Shown: one piece after another, positions 1-10,621 of the stretch
Layout: every line of letters begins with the position of its first letter
How positions within the stretch are numbered: position 1 is the stretch's first letter
Assembly (NCBI GenBank): GCA_963816185.1
Contig: CAWFJJ010000030.1
Coordinates: 448,001-512,000, forward strand
Length of the DNA: 64,000 nucleotides
Origin: Thermoanaerobaculia bacterium
GTDB lineage: Bacteria > Acidobacteriota > Thermoanaerobaculia > UBA5066
Direction of reading: 5' to 3'
Made by a program: the position numbers and the translations under genes
The notes under the pieces: generated by a model
Database searches by the model: none
What the model was told of the DNA's origin: nothing
The model's input: the letters and a program-made list of their open reading frames with translations, nothing else

Positions 1-686
1 CCCACGTCGTACGGCACGCGGTCGAAATGGACGACGCGGGCGTTCGCGTCGTAGATCGCGTACGCCGCACGGGGATTCCGGTCCCTCGGCTGGCCGACCG
101 ATCCGGGATTCACGAGGTAACGCTTCCCGGGCTCGAGACGCAGCTTCGCGCGAGCCTCGCGCACGGCTTCCACGCGAATCCCGCCCGGCTCCAGCGTGAA
201 AATCGAGGGGATGTGGCTGTGGCCGAAAAAACACAGGTCCATGCCCTCGGCGAAGCGGTGCATCTGGACGAAATTCAGGGACGCGTCGAAGTCCGAGAAG
301 ATGTAGGCGTCTTCGTCGAGCGGCGACCCGTGGCACACGACGAAGCGCCCGTCCACGATCTCGGGCCCGATCGGAAGCTTCCTGAGGAACTCCATGTTCT
401 GCTTCGAGAGGCGCTCTACCGTCCAGCGCACCGCTTCGAGAGCGGGCGGGTTGAACAGCAGCCCTTCCTCGACGCCCGCGACGACCTTGTCGTGGTTCCC
501 ACGCACCGAGATCGTCGTCCGGCGCAGCTTCCGGAAGCGGTCCAGCACCTTGTTCGGATCCGCGGCGTAGCCGACGAAGTCGCCGAGGCACACCACCCGG
601 TCGAACGTCTTTCGCTTCACGCGGCGCAAGACGGCGGTCAGCGCTTCGTCGTTCGAATGCAGGTCGGACAGGATGAGGTAGCGCAC
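1..686 (-). CDS. Metallophosphoesterase family protein (3' end runs off window)
   Basis: Manual translation from GTG at 686: MRYLILSDLHSN...CLGDFVGY...VRGNHD...CHGSP...FFGHSH...VNPGSVGQPRD, all calcineurin-like phosphoesterase motifs. Absent from the ORF track because it is truncated. Confidence 0.9.
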   Translation of the reverse strand, partial: MRYLILSDLHSNDEALTAVLRRVKRKTFDRVVCLGDFVGYAADPNKVLDRFRKLRRTTISVRGNHDKVVAGVEEGLLFNPPALEAVRWTVERLSKQNMEFLRKLPIGPEIVDGRFVVCHGSPLDEDAYIFSDFDASLNFVQMHRFAEGMDLCFFGHSHIPSIFTLEPGGIRVEAVREARAKLRLEPGKRYLVNPGSVGQPRDRNPRAAYAIYDANARVVHFDRVPYDV

Positions 687-687
687 G

Positions 688-1275
688 TCAGCACCCGGCG
701 TTCCCGGGGTCGAGCAAGCGGGCCAGCCGGCTGGCGACCTCGCCGGGAGTCGTCTCTTGGTCCACGTCCAGGGTCCGGTCCGCCATCTTATAGAAGGGGC
801 GCCGGGCTTCCCAGAGGTTTCGGGCCGACTCGAGCGAGTCGAACAGCGGCCGGTCGGCGGCCTTCTCGGCGAGCCGCGCCGCGAGCACGTCGAAGGGCGG
901 GTCGAGAAAAACGGAGACGCCGTGTTCCCTCACGAACCGGACGTTCTCGGGGAATGTGAACGTTCCGCCTCCGAGGGCGATCACGGCTTGCGTGAGCGAT
1001 GCCGTGCCGCGCAGAAGCTCCGATTCCCGTTCCCGAAAATAGGCTTCCCCGTGGGTTTCGAACGTCTCGCGGATGGTCCGCCCTGACATCGACTCGAACG
1101 TGAGATCGAGGTCCACGAAAGGCACGTCCCACCGGTCCGCGAGAATCCGCCCGCTGGTCGTCTTGCCGCTCCCCATGAAGCCGACGAGGTAGACCCGCCC
1201 CGGGACCCTGGACGCGGGACCCTCCGCGCGGCCCGTCAGAGGGGCGGGGCGTTCTTGAGCCACCGCTCGAGCCAC
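688..1275 (-). CDS. aroK: Shikimate kinase
   Basis: [13 protein letters not shown] Walker [21 protein letters not shown] motifs; true start uncertain (ORF overlaps accC end). Confidence 0.92.
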   Translation of the reverse strand: MARAVAQERPAPLTGRAEGPASRVPGRVYLVGFMGSGKTTSGRILADRWDVPFVDLDLTFESMSGRTIRETFETHGEAYFRERESELLRGTASLTQAVIALGGGTFTFPENVRFVREHGVSVFLDPPFDVLAARLAEKAADRPLFDSLESARNLWEARRPFYKMADRTLDVDQETTPGEVASRLARLLDPGNAGC

Positions 1276-2606
1276 TTCGTGGAAACGCGGCCGCTGCGCA
1301 CGTCCGGGTCGTCGAGAAGCCTCAGGTGGAGCGGGATCGTGGTTTTCACGCCTTCCACGATGAACAGCTCCAGCGCGCGCTTCCCGCGGCTGAGCGCCTC
1401 GTCGCGGTCGCGACCGTGCGCGATGAGCTTCGCGATGAGCGAATCGTAGTATTGCGGGATCTTCCAGCCCGAATAGGCCGCCGTGTCGACGCGCACTCCG
1501 GGCCCGCCCGGCAGGTGAAGCGTCGTGATCGTACCCGGTGAGGGAGCGAACGTGACCGGGTCCTCGGCGTTGATGCGAAACTCGATCGCGTGTCCCTGCG
1601 GGCGCCAGCCGAGGCCGTCGCCAGGGGGGGTCGGCCCGAACGACAGCGGCTCACCCGCGGCGACCCGGATCTGCTCCTTCACGAGGTCGAAGCCGGTCAC
1701 CATCTCCGTCACCGGGTGCTCGACCTGGATGCGCGTGTTCATCTCCATGAAGTAGAACGAGCCGTCCTCGTCCACGAGGAATTCCACGGTGCCGGCCCCC
1801 ACGTAGTCCACCGCCTTCGCCACGGCGACCGCCGCGGCGCCCATTTTCGAGCGCAGGGCGTCCGTGAGCGCCGGCGAAGGCGATTCCTCGAGGATTTTCT
1901 GATGGCGTCTCTGGAGCGAGCACTCCCGCTCGCCGAGGTGGACGACGCGTCCGGACTGGTCGCCGAAGATCTGGAGCTCGACGTGCCGCGGCTCCGCGAG
2001 GTACTTCTCGAGATAGAGGCTCCCGTTGCCGAACGCGCGCTCGGCCTCCGACGTCGCGAGCTCGAAGGCCGCCGCAAGCTCCTTGTCCGAGCGCGCCACG
2101 CGCATCCCGCGGCCTCCGCCTCCGGCGACAGCCTTCAGAAGGACGGGATAGCCGATCCGCACCGCGATGTTCATTGCGTCCTCGATCGAGGCGAGCGGAC
2201 CGGGGCTGCCGGGAATCGTGGGCACGCCCACTTTTCGGACGGTCTCCTTCGCGACGGCCTTGTCGCCCATCCGCCGGATCGCATCCGGCGAGGGCCCGAT
2301 CCACTTCAATCCGACCTCCTCGAGGATCTCCGCGAAGTGCGCGTTCTCCGCAAGGAAGCCGTAGCCGGGATGCACGGCGTCGGCGCCGGTGATCTCGGCA
2401 GCCGCCACGAGCGAAGTGATGTTCAGGTACGAGCCTGCGGGCGCAGCCGGGCCGATGCACACCGATTCGTCGGCCGCCCGAACGTGGAGGGAGTCGCGGT
2501 CCGCCTCGGAGTGGACGGCGACCGTCGCGATCGAAAGCTCCTTACAGGCCGCGATGACGCGAAGCGCGATCTCCCCACGGTTCGCGACGAGAATCTTCTG
2601 AAACAC
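1236..2606 (-). CDS. accC: Acetyl-CoA carboxylase biotin carboxylase subunit
   Basis: [61 protein letters not shown]. Confidence 0.97.
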   Translation of the reverse strand: MFQKILVANRGEIALRVIAACKELSIATVAVHSEADRDSLHVRAADESVCIGPAAPAGSYLNITSLVAAAEITGADAVHPGYGFLAENAHFAEILEEVGLKWIGPSPDAIRRMGDKAVAKETVRKVGVPTIPGSPGPLASIEDAMNIAVRIGYPVLLKAVAGGGGRGMRVARSDKELAAAFELATSEAERAFGNGSLYLEKYLAEPRHVELQIFGDQSGRVVHLGERECSLQRRHQKILEESPSPALTDALRSKMGAAAVAVAKAVDYVGAGTVEFLVDEDGSFYFMEMNTRIQVEHPVTEMVTGFDLVKEQIRVAAGEPLSFGPTPPGDGLGWRPQGHAIEFRINAEDPVTFAPSPGTITTLHLPGGPGVRVDTAAYSGWKIPQYYDSLIAKLIAHGRDRDEALSRGKRALELFIVEGVKTTIPLHLRLLDDPDVRSGRVSTKWLERWLKNAPPL

Positions 2607-2616
2607 GTGCCACCCG

Positions 2617-3108
2617 TCAGCGCTGCTGGATCGCGAAGAGCTTCTCTCCGAACTCCACCGGCTGTGCGTTCTGCGGGTAGATGGCGACCACCGTGCCTGC
2701 GATGTCCGCTTCGATCTCGTTCATGAGCTTCATCGCCTCGACGATGCAGAGGGTCTTGCCCTTCTCGACGACGTCGCCGATCTTCACGAAGGGCTCGGCG
2801 TCCGGTGTCGGGGAGCGGTAGAACGTGCCGACGATCGGCGCGGTGATGACGTGAAACCCCTCGCGCTCTCCCGAGCTCGGCGGCCCCGGGGGCACGTGCG
2901 GGGCGATCGTCGCGGACGGTGCGGCCGGAGGCAGCGCGGGCACCTCGGAGGTCGCCTGATCGGCGAGGGCTTGAGTGAAAGCGGGCGCGGGGCGATGCGC
3001 AGGCGCCCCTTCGATGCGGAGGCGGAAACCCGCCCGTTCGATCTCGAGGCCGGCGAGCCCCCGGCGCGACACCAGGTCGACGAGTTCCTTGATCTCCTTG
3101 ACGTTCAT
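2617..3108 (-). CDS. accB: Biotin carboxyl carrier protein
   Basis: ATG at 3108 ([10 protein letters not shown]), [22 protein letters not shown] biotinylation motif; adjacent to accC. Confidence 0.95.
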   Translation of the reverse strand: MNVKEIKELVDLVSRRGLAGLEIERAGFRLRIEGAPAHRPAPAFTQALADQATSEVPALPPAAPSATIAPHVPPGPPSSGEREGFHVITAPIVGTFYRSPTPDAEPFVKIGDVVEKGKTLCIVEAMKLMNEIEADIAGTVVAIYPQNAQPVEFGEKLFAIQQR

Positions 3109-3148
3109 TGTTCCCTTTCGATTCCCGTGGCGCGTCCCGGGAGGCCTC

Positions 3149-4741
3149 TCAGCGAACCGCCGGGCGGAGGGCGCGCGCGGTTCGCGCCGCCTCCCACCGG
3201 ATCTCGCCAAGCGCCGCCTCGGGGTCGACCCGCAGGATGAGAGAGTAATCGGCATTGACGGGCGAGACGACGACCCCGCCATTCGGGCCCGCGACCGCGA
3301 GGGTCTCGAGCTCGCCCGTGCCGATCTCGGCCGTCGTGCGCCGGACGTTCTTCAGGAACGAGCTGAGCTCCGCGACGAGAGTCTCCATCGCGGCTTCGCG
3401 CGACGACGGTCCGGCCATCACGACGGGAAGCCCCTCGAGATCGGTGAGCGTCGCGGCGCGGATTCCCTCGGTCCGTTCGACGAGGTTCGAGAGAATCCCA
3501 TGCAGGTCGTCGACGGTCGCCTCGGGGCGCTTCGGGAAGCGCCGCGCGAGACGCCGAAGGCGGGGATGGTCCATCCGCTCGGCGGGAGGAAGCGCCGCGG
3601 CCTTTTCGAGCAGCGCGCGGGCGCGCGCCTCGTCGGCGGCCGTCTCGGCGAGCGTGCGATACGTCTCGCGGGCGTCGGCCAGGTGGCCTTGAGTGCGGTA
3701 GAGATCTCCCAGAGTCTCCGAGACGATGGGCTCTCCTTTCGCCGGCGCCTCGGGTATGACGTCGGAGACGTCGAACGGAGCCGTCTCGACGGGCCTGCTG
3801 GCGGAAATCGTCGCCGCCTCGGTCCGGTAGAGGTCCACCGGGAACGTGAACGGGGCCGTCGCCTCTTCCTCCGGAACGTCCGGCACCGCTTCGCTCTCGG
3901 CGAGCGAGAACGGCGCTTTCTCGGGCTCCGGTTGCTCGCGAACCGTCGCGATCGGCGCGGTGAACGGCGAAAGCGGGGGCGCCTCGGCAGGGACGGCGAC
4001 GACCGGTGAAGTCTCCACGGGAACGTCCAGGACCGGCGGCGGAGGCGGAAGAGGTGGCGGCGCCTCCAGCGGCGGCAGATGCACGGCCTCGACAGGCCTC
4101 GACGTCGCCGAGACGTCGTAGGAGAGCTCCATTGGGTCCGGCTTCGTCTCGGGCGGCGGGGGCGGAGGAGGCGTCGACTCGACGCGTTCCAGCCGCGGGA
4201 TCATCTGGGCCCGGCGAATTCCGCTCGTATAAGCGTGCGAGGGGCGCGGCGTCTCGGAAAAGTCGGTGAAAACGGGCTGGACGCCCGAGCGCGGGCGCTC
4301 GGCTGCCGCCGCCGACATCTCCTCCTCGAGCTTCTGGATGATCTCGTTCACGTCGCGGTCTCCGGCCTTGAGGCCGCGATAGAGCTTCAGCTTCTTGATC
4401 GCCTCGATCTTGTCTCCCCTGGCCAGGTAGACCTCGGCGAGCTGGCGGATTGCGACCAGGTTCTCGCGATCCAGGCGGAGCGCGTTCGTGAACGCGCGGA
4501 TCGCGTCCTCGAGGCGGTCGAGCTGCTGATAGGTCCGTCCGAGAGCGACGTGGGCCGCGACCGAGGTGGAGTGCAGTTGGAGCCCGCGCTCGAGAGTGAT
4601 GACGGCGTCGCGGTACTTCCCGTGACGGCGGTATTCCTCGGCGAGCGCCAGGAACTGGCGGGACGTGGGGTCTTTCTGGAGAAGCCTCTTGAGCTCCTCG
4701 AGACGGGACACCGGGGTGGAAGGACCGCCGAAAAAGGCCAT
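3149..4741 (-). CDS. TPR-repeat protein with Pro-rich linker and C-terminal Roadblock/LC7 (MglB/MglC-like) domain
   Basis: N-terminal TPRs (FLALAEEYRRHG, HVALGRTY), Pro/Glu-rich linker, single TPR (SETLGDLYRTQG), C-terminal ILSNLVERTEGIRAATLTDLEGLPV...YSLILRVDPEAALGEIRW roadblock signature. Confidence 0.75.
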   Translation of the reverse strand: MAFFGGPSTPVSRLEELKRLLQKDPTSRQFLALAEEYRRHGKYRDAVITLERGLQLHSTSVAAHVALGRTYQQLDRLEDAIRAFTNALRLDRENLVAIRQLAEVYLARGDKIEAIKKLKLYRGLKAGDRDVNEIIQKLEEEMSAAAAERPRSGVQPVFTDFSETPRPSHAYTSGIRRAQMIPRLERVESTPPPPPPPETKPDPMELSYDVSATSRPVEAVHLPPLEAPPPLPPPPPVLDVPVETSPVVAVPAEAPPLSPFTAPIATVREQPEPEKAPFSLAESEAVPDVPEEEATAPFTFPVDLYRTEAATISASRPVETAPFDVSDVIPEAPAKGEPIVSETLGDLYRTQGHLADARETYRTLAETAADEARARALLEKAAALPPAERMDHPRLRRLARRFPKRPEATVDDLHGILSNLVERTEGIRAATLTDLEGLPVVMAGPSSREAAMETLVAELSSFLKNVRRTTAEIGTGELETLAVAGPNGGVVVSPVNADYSLILRVDPEAALGEIRWEAARTARALRPAVR

Positions 4742-4788
4742 GTGCGTTTGATCCGACCCTCGAGTCTACGGCATCCGGCTTCGAGAAA

Positions 4789-4816
4789 GTTCGGGCCGCC
4801 CGGAGGCGGCCCGAAC
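4789..4816 (-). terminator. Intrinsic terminator after the pilM-Q/lipoprotein operon
   Basis: Perfect 12-bp stem GTTCGGGCCGCC / GGCGGCCCGAAC with 4-nt loop, followed by TTTCT on the minus strand, 23 nt past the stop at 4840. Confidence 0.7.
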
Positions 4817-4839
4817 GGAAAGAGATTCTGGAAAGGAAA

Positions 4840-7087
4840 TCAGGGGTTGATGACGAGCGAGTAGGTCGTGGGATGCGGTTGCGGCCAAGGAGTCGGTCAC
4901 GGTCACGGTGACCGTCGAGTTCCCGGCCGCGGTCGGGAGTGCCCGAGATGACGCCGCTGCCCGAATTGATCACGAGGGCCGGCGGGCAATCCGGAGGCGG
5001 ACCACGATATAAGGACGGCGTACCCGCCACTCGCCGCCATCGTGACGGCTCGTACGCGCCGCCGTCAGTACCCGAAGGAAGAGACGGCGGTCGTGATAGT
5101 GAGCGCGGCATTGCAGGTCGGGTCGAGCGGGTGGTAGATGAGCACGTTCGGCAGGTCGACCGTGCAGTTCGTCGGCGCGCTCTTGCAGGCGGATCCCGAA
5201 CGACGTCGGCACGAACTTGACGCCGGTAGACCGCTCCGCCGAGGATGCAGTTCTGCTGGTTCAGGGCGGAGTTCGGCACCGCCGGCGCGACGAAGGTGAC
5301 GTCGTCGCGTTCGTGACGTTCGCGTTGTTGACGGGCGTGCCGAAAGACGACCGCGCCGTCCTTGACGAGCTGCACGGTCATCGGATCCGTGAAGTTGCCG
5401 CCGGTGACCGTGATCGTCGCCGGCGCGTCCGTCGAGGCGGAACGGCGAGCCGTCCTGGCTCAGGTTGTTCGGAGCCGCGCTCGTGGCGAACGGCGGGGCG
5501 GCGTGATACGTGAAGGGCACGGCGATCGGGGCGGCACGTGAGGCTCAGGAACGAGATGTTGATGTTGCCGGACACGTCCGCGCACGGCGGCGACCCGCCG
5601 AGGAGCTGGCTGAGCGGCGGCATCGTGAGAACGATCGCGTTCGACGACACGGACGTCACGCTCAACGGGATGAGCGCGCTCCCCGCGTTGAAGTTCGCCG
5701 TGATCGGCTCTTCGAAGTTCGCGCCGGAAATGACGACGGTCGTCGCCACCAATCCGTCCGCGGACGAAGGCGACGCAGTGCCCAGGGTCGGGCACGAGTA
5801 GTACTTGAAGCAGGCCGGACACGTATCGCCCAGGTTGGTGGTGGGATTCTTGATGACGATGTCCACGAGCTGGTTCGAGAGGCAGACGTTGCCGCCCACG
5901 GCGATCGGAGTCTTGAAGACGATCGTCGTCAACGTGATATCCGAAACAGCGGCCTCGACGAGCTGCTGACCGCAGGCGCCGCCGGTCAGGAAGACCTGCA
6001 TCGGGAACTGGAAGCCGGTGCCGAAGATCGAGACGCGGGTCGACGCGTCGTTCGGGCCCGTCTTCGGCGAAGTCGAGTAAATATGCGGGGTGAAAACACT
6101 ACGGTACGTGAACTGCTGCGGCGAGGTGGCCGACTGCTGCGAGACGAGGCCGAGGTCCCGCGTGACGACGACGTCGCACACTTCCAGCGCCAGCGGGCTC
6201 GCCGGCGTGGTGACCGTAACATGCTGGTCCGCCTGGTCCGTGATCTGCGCCGGCCGGCCGCAGAAGGTGACCCGCGTCGTCGCGATGTTGGAGCCGAAGT
6301 TGCCGCCGAGAATGTTGACGAGGTCGCCGCCCGCGGACTTCCCTTCGGTCGGATTGATCGACGAGACGAAGATCTTCTGACCGACCGGGATGCACGCGAA
6401 CGTGAACTGTTTCGGCGGTGACGACAATCCGCCCACGACCACGACGACGTCGACGGTCTCCGCCACGGCGGGATTCTTCAGCGTGCGAGCCGGCGTCGTC
6501 ACGGTGATCTCCGTGTTCGTGACGGTCTTCGTCGAGCCTCTCACGCCTCCGAAGAAAACGTCGGCCGTTCCGTTTCCGAACCGGCCGCCCAGAATCGTGA
6601 CCGTGTCGCCGCCTGCGCACGAACCCGTGTTCGGGGAGAGCGAGGAGATGAACGGGCCGACGTCCGGAACGCCGCCGAAATTCAAATTGATCTGCGCGTT
6701 CGCGCAATCGAAGATCGCCTTCACGTGCGCCGTGCCGCCGTTGTTGGAGAAGACGGTCACGTCGGCGACGCCGCCGCTCGTCGTCTTCGAGACGGTTGGG
6801 AGGCCGTTCTCCTCGAAGACGCCGAGGTCCGTCGAGAACTGCACGGAGCCGCCATCCGGAACCGGGACGCCTGCCCGCGTCACCGTGGCCCTCACGATGG
6901 AGGCCGACCCGACGAATGGACTCTGCGTCGTGGCCGACATCGAGACGAGCACCGTGCAGGAACCGCCGCTACCGCTACCGGGTCCGCCGCCCGCTGAGGG
7001 CGACGTCGGCGTCTCGCCGGAGCAGCCGCTGAGGAGCACGGCAAGGCCCGCGACCAGCGCGGCGCTCGGAATCTGGAAACGTCGCAT
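4840..7087 (-). CDS. Surface lipoprotein with Ig-like and multiple IPT/TIG domains; 3' 700 bp frameshifted in this sequence
   Basis: Lipobox LLSGC; repeats such as ISSLSPNTGSCAGGDTVTILGGRF, VSSINPTEGKSAGGDLVNILGGNF, SPKTGPNDASTRVSIFGTGF. The tail (SWSASGLPAG-LVINSGSGVISGTP-TAAGNSTVTVTVTDS...YSLVINP stop at 4840) is recoverable only across about 11 frame changes. Confidence 0.75.
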
Positions 7088-7100
7088 GGAAGTCACCTCG

Positions 7101-7694
7101 TCACTGGGCACGCTTCGCCTCGATGCGCCCGGTGGAGCCGCAATAGATGAAAGTCATGCCGAAAGTCGCCACGTTCGAGACGACGGGCTGCCCCGAAAGC
7201 GTGTGGCCGTACCACGTCACGTTTCCGGCCTGGCGGATCTCCGCCCGCCCCGTCTCTTTGTCGATGCCGCCGTTGAACGGGAAGAGCTGGTCGAGCGGAG
7301 GCCGGATGAGGTCGTCCGCCGACATGAACTCGTAATTCGTCAACGTGGCCACCCCGTTCGGCGGGACGAGGCCGTTGCCGGGAAAGGTCTGCGAGGGCGA
7401 GGCCACCGTCCCGCCGTCGACGCGCTTCCAGACGACGACGTAGGTGTCGACCTGCGTGTCGAGAAACTGCGTCGCGGTCACGGTCGGGTTCTTGAGGCGG
7501 CTGTGGAGCGTGGTCGTCGCGAACTGAAGGGGTGTGTTGTCGTTCACGCACTTCTGGAGAGGCAGGAGCGTGAATTCGCCCGCGAGGAAAACCGGTGAGG
7601 CGCTGTCGCCCTGCGTGTTCGTCGAGCAGCCGGGCAGCGCGGCGGCGGTGACCGCGGCGAGCACGGCGGCGAGAGTGGAAAAGCGCTTCTTCAT
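7101..7694 (-). CDS. Hypothetical lipoprotein downstream of pilQ
   Basis: MKKRFSTLAAVLAAVTAAALPGC signal II/lipobox; beta-rich mature part; operonic spacing. Confidence 0.75.
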   Translation of the reverse strand: MKKRFSTLAAVLAAVTAAALPGCSTNTQGDSASPVFLAGEFTLLPLQKCVNDNTPLQFATTTLHSRLKNPTVTATQFLDTQVDTYVVVWKRVDGGTVASPSQTFPGNGLVPPNGVATLTNYEFMSADDLIRPPLDQLFPFNGGIDKETGRAEIRQAGNVTWYGHTLSGQPVVSNVATFGMTFIYCGSTGRIEAKRAQ

Positions 7695-7705
7695 CGATTC
7701 GCTCC

Positions 7706-10621
7706 TCACCGAATGATCCGAGGTGTGATGAAAATCATGAGCTCGTCCGTACTCTCGGTCTGAGTCCGGCTCCGGAACAAGTTACCCAGGATCGGAATCT
7801 TCCAGAGGCCCGGGATCATCGACTGTCCGTCGTTCGTCGTGATCTTGAAGATGCCGCCGATCACGGCCGTGCCGCCGTCCCGCACCATGAGCCGCGTCTT
7901 GGCGTCACGGGTCGTGAGCGGGATGTTCTGGCCTCCCGCGATGTTGATACCGACCGCCGGCTCGCGTTTCTGGATCGTGATGTTCATGATCACGGTTCCT
8001 TCGTTCGTGATCTGCGGCGTGACATCCAGACGGAGCGTCGCGTTGATGTAGAGGACGGACGTCGTGTTGTTCACGGTGGTCTGGACCGGGATCTGGAAGC
8101 CCGACTGGATCGAGGCTTCTTCACCGGTCTGCGTCTGGACCTTCGGGGTGGAGATGACTTTGACGAGGCCGCGCGATTCGGCCGCGTGGAGCGAGGCGTC
8201 GAGCGCGAACGTGTCGAGGACGTTCGCGAGCGTCAGATGAAGGATCTGGGGCGCGCCGCTCGGCAGGGAGACGTTGCCGTCCACCGTTCCCGAGTTCGGG
8301 AACACGAGGCCGGTCGTGTTGCCGTGGCCCGCGTCGGCGACGCCGTTGAAGCCCCACACGATGCCGACTTCGTTCGAGAACGTGCGGTTCGCCTCGACGA
8401 TCCGGGCCTCGATCATGACCTGCGGGCTCGCGATGTCGAGGTTCTTGATGAGATCGAGGACGGTCGGGAGGTAGTCGGGCAGCTCCTTGATGATGAGCGT
8501 GTTGGACCGCGTGTCGATGAAGATGTCGCCGCGTGACGACATGACCTTGCGCGCCGTCGACGCGATCTCCTGCGCGTTTGCGTAAGAGATCTTCTGAAGC
8601 ACCGTGCGCAGCGGGCGGTTCTTGTCCTGCGCCTGGAGGAACGCAAGCCGCGAGTTCTCTTCCTGCGTGAGCTTGGCCGTGGACGCGATCCGCATGATGT
8701 TCCCCTCGAGCACGTACCCGAGCTGGTTGATCTTGAGGATCAGCTCGAGCGCCTGGTCCCAGGGGATGTCCTGCAGGCTCACGGTGACCGTTCCACGGAC
8801 GTCCGGGTCGAGGACGATGTTCAGCTGCGTCAGCTCGCTGAACCGTTGGAGCGTGTCTTTGATGTCCGCGTCCTTGAGGTTGAGCGTGATCGGCTCGCCC
8901 GTGTACTGCTTCTCGCCGGCTCCGAGAGTGCGCGTCTCGTAGGGATTCGCGATCTCGCGCGGGCGCGAAGAGCCGTCCTGCTGGACGAGAAGCGCCTCGG
9001 CCGCCTCGATCAGCGCCTTGTCCTCGGCCGACGCGACTTTCTTCCGGCGAGGTTCGGCGGAAGCCGACCTGGCGGGAGCGGCTGGTGCAGCGGATGGAAC
9101 CTTGACCTCGTGGATCTCGGGCGACGATTGCACGAGACGTGTCGCCGGAATCGTCGCGACGGCGATCGGGGCCGCTTGAGGAGCCGGGGCAGCGGGAGCC
9201 GCGTTGCCGGCGGCAGGAGCCGAGCTCGACGAATTCGTCGTCACGTCGAGCGGGTGGCCTTCGCTCACGACCGGCTCTCTCGGGTCGTCGACCTCGTGCT
9301 TTTCGTACGACGCGGCGGCCGGCACCGGCGGGGCGACGGCGATCTTCTCGGGCGCGGCGTGCACGAGTACGGGCTGTGTTTCGGGCGCCTTCTCCGGGGA
9401 GGGCGCGCGCACGGCTTCCGGAGCGGGAGCGGAGGCGCTGCGTGGCCGCCGGCGAGCGGAGGACGGGGCACTTCCGAACACGAGAGCCAGCGCCGAGGGC
9501 GAGACTCTTGCCGTGGGCTCGGAGGGAGACGGAAGGTCGAACACGACGCGCGTCACGGGCTCAGGCCCGGCCTTGAACTGCGAGACGCGCACGCGGTTCA
9601 CGGCGGCGTGCTTGACATCCTGCGCCCTTTTCGGCGTCGCGAGCAGGACGCCCGGGAGGTCCACGACGTAGCGCGGGGGGTTGTCGAGTGCGAACGTCTC
9701 GTACGTGAAGCTTCCGTTTCCGGCGAGAGTCGCGACGAGCTTTCCGTCCGAGACATGAACGTTGACGCCCGACAGACGTGTCGCGGCGCGGCCGGTGGCG
9801 GGGTGACGGACGGGCACCGGCGGAGCGTCTGGTGAGGAAGCCACGGCAGCTGACGCCGCTGGAGCGGCGGCAGAGGCGGTCGTGGCGGCCGGAGTCGCGG
9901 CCGGAACATCCTCGACCTTCACCGCCGGATCGGCTGGCGCGGGCTCTGGAGTCTTCCCGGCCTCCGACGCGGGCGAGGCCGCCACCGATGGAGCTGCGGA
10001 AGCCATCGTCGAGGCCGCCACCGCCGGAGCGCCGGCGGAGGCGTTCGTGGCAGTTGCCGGAGCGGCCTTTCCGAGCGCGATCGCCATAGCCGGCGAATCG
10101 GACTCCGAGGTGATGACGGGCTTGAGCGGCGACCGCCCCGTGAGCTCGAACTGGATGTGGGGCTTGCCCATCTCCGTGAACGACTTCATGTCGAGCCGCG
10201 ACAGGATCACGCCGTCCGCGCGCGGGGGCTCGAGGCCGGGGGAAACGACCGCGTTCGCGACGTCGACGACGACCTTCGTAGAGCCTTCACGGTTGTAGAG
10301 CGTCGGCGAGAGAGGACCGTTGCCGCTCAGGAGAAGCCGCGGCGTCTCTCCGTCGGTCAGGAGGGTGGCTCCCGTGAGCGTGGCAGGCGCAACGCCGTTT
10401 GCAGACATGCCGGTTGCAGACGGGTTTCCCGCGGCGACACGGTCGTTGCGCGAGGCGCACCCGCCGAGTACGGGGCCGACCAGCGCGAGCGCCGCGAAAC
10501 GGGACATGAATCCCCTTCGGTTCCGCCGCATGCTTCCTCCCCCGGACGGCACGAGAACTTGCGTGCCCTTCGAGTTTTCCGAGCCCATCAGCTTCGTCGT
10601 CATGGACATCCCTTCGCTCAC
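7706..10621 (-). CDS. pilQ: Type IV pilus secretin PilQ with AMIN domains
   Basis: NPPRYVVDLPG AMIN, YTGEPITLNLKDADIK, IPWDQALELIL, QVMIEARIVEA, IPILGNLFRS, ELMIFITPRII; exact start uncertain. Confidence 0.95.
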   Translation of the reverse strand: MSEGMSMTTKLMGSENSKGTQVLVPSGGGSMRRNRRGFMSRFAALALVGPVLGGCASRNDRVAAGNPSATGMSANGVAPATLTGATLLTDGETPRLLLSGNGPLSPTLYNREGSTKVVVDVANAVVSPGLEPPRADGVILSRLDMKSFTEMGKPHIQFELTGRSPLKPVITSESDSPAMAIALGKAAPATATNASAGAPAVAASTMASAAPSVAASPASEAGKTPEPAPADPAVKVEDVPAATPAATTASAAAPAASAAVASSPDAPPVPVRHPATGRAATRLSGVNVHVSDGKLVATLAGNGSFTYETFALDNPPRYVVDLPGVLLATPKRAQDVKHAAVNRVRVSQFKAGPEPVTRVVFDLPSPSEPTARVSPSALALVFGSAPSSARRRPRSASAPAPEAVRAPSPEKAPETQPVLVHAAPEKIAVAPPVPAAASYEKHEVDDPREPVVSEGHPLDVTTNSSSSAPAAGNAAPAAPAPQAAPIAVATIPATRLVQSSPEIHEVKVPSAAPAAPARSASAEPRRKKVASAEDKALIEAAEALLVQQDGSSRPREIANPYETRTLGAGEKQYTGEPITLNLKDADIKDTLQRFSELTQLNIVLDPDVRGTVTVSLQDIPWDQALELILKINQLGYVLEGNIMRIASTAKLTQEENSRLAFLQAQDKNRPLRTVLQKISYANAQEIASTARKVMSSRGDIFIDTRSNTLIIKELPDYLPTVLDLIKNLDIASPQVMIEARIVEANRTFSNEVGIVWGFNGVADAGHGNTTGLVFPNSGTVDGNVSLPSGAPQILHLTLANVLDTFALDASLHAAESRGLVKVISTPKVQTQTGEEASIQSGFQIPVQTTVNNTTSVLYINATLRLDVTPQITNEGTVIMNITIQKREPAVGINIAGGQNIPLTTRDAKTRLMVRDGGTAVIGGIFKITTNDGQSMIPGLWKIPILGNLFRSRTQTESTDELMIFITPRIIR

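Noticed and set aside
3105-5381. 758-aa minus-strand ORF
   Set aside because: Chimera of frameshifted fragments of the IPT/TIG gene and an off-frame read of the TPR-Roadblock gene.
9430-9470. ARRRPRS patch in the PilQ Ala/Pro linker, a possible compensated frameshift
   Set aside because: The frame is preserved overall; cannot be distinguished from linker variation or sequencing noise.
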